A stretch of 63,481 bases of DNA, the filler included, from Folioceros fuciformis (taxonomy: Eukaryota): assembly GCA_049999805.1 (NCBI GenBank). It is 5 parts of 5 records of this genome, joined end to end, with 100 filler letters (N's around TTAATTAATTAA, not from the genome) between each part and the next. Parts side by side here need not be neighbours in the genome. Positions count along the whole stretch, not along the records: positions 59,933 to 63,481 come from JBNGIO010005389.1; 4 more parts are not named here. One strand, 5' to 3'. Shown here piece by piece: positions 63,191-63,481 of this stretch. Every line of letters starts with the position of its first letter. The first letter of the stretch is position 1. Position numbers and translations under genes: made by a program. A model generated the notes under the pieces. That model did not search any database and had not been told where the DNA came from. It saw nothing but the letters and a program-made list of their open reading frames with translations.

Positions 63191-63481
63191 AACCATAACT
63201 CCATTCTCACAAGCTAGAGGTGTAGAACTGGCTTAGGAGATTTTTATTATTTGTTTTTATATATGTTGCAAAAGGTTTACTAATATGTTTTGTAATGTTA
63301 AATAAAATTATAAAAAAAAGTAGTAATAAAAATACCATCTAGTTTACAGATAGTGCATAATTCTATGTCCATCTTGAGTATGTAGGGATTAGCACATTAT
63401 GTCATATCACGAATTACAGGAGGTTTTAAGGGTGACAGTTGAAGGAAAGACTTGGTGTTTGATGTTGTACGGTACATGTGG

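Overview
Eukaryotic land-plant nuclear DNA, probably a non-seed plant such as a bryophyte (inferred from short GT-AG introns and gene and TE content). It is not prokaryotic and has no CRISPR array. The window is a scaffold of five segments joined by artificial N44-TTAATTAATTAA-N44 linkers, plus several 10-100 N gaps. Host genes: RUG3-like RCC1-repeat gene (partial), YTHDC/ECT12-like m6A reader, GDSL lipase, P-class PPR, two tandem dirigent-like genes tail-to-tail with a CYP703-related P450, an RRM/coiled-coil gene, and an ECA Ca-ATPase pseudogene fragment. About 15-40 kb and 50-60 kb are a graveyard of decayed Ty1/copia, Ty3/gypsy (one with a PHD finger on the integrase), L1 and SINE-like elements. 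The most unusual unannotated feature is a ~207-bp tandem array at 13.2-14.8 kb, with an outlier at 16.5 kb. Each unit carries a tRNA-Asp-like Pol III-type gene whose anticodon arm is replaced by a long hairpin. Family assignments come from motif recognition and recalled homologue sequences; no searches were run.
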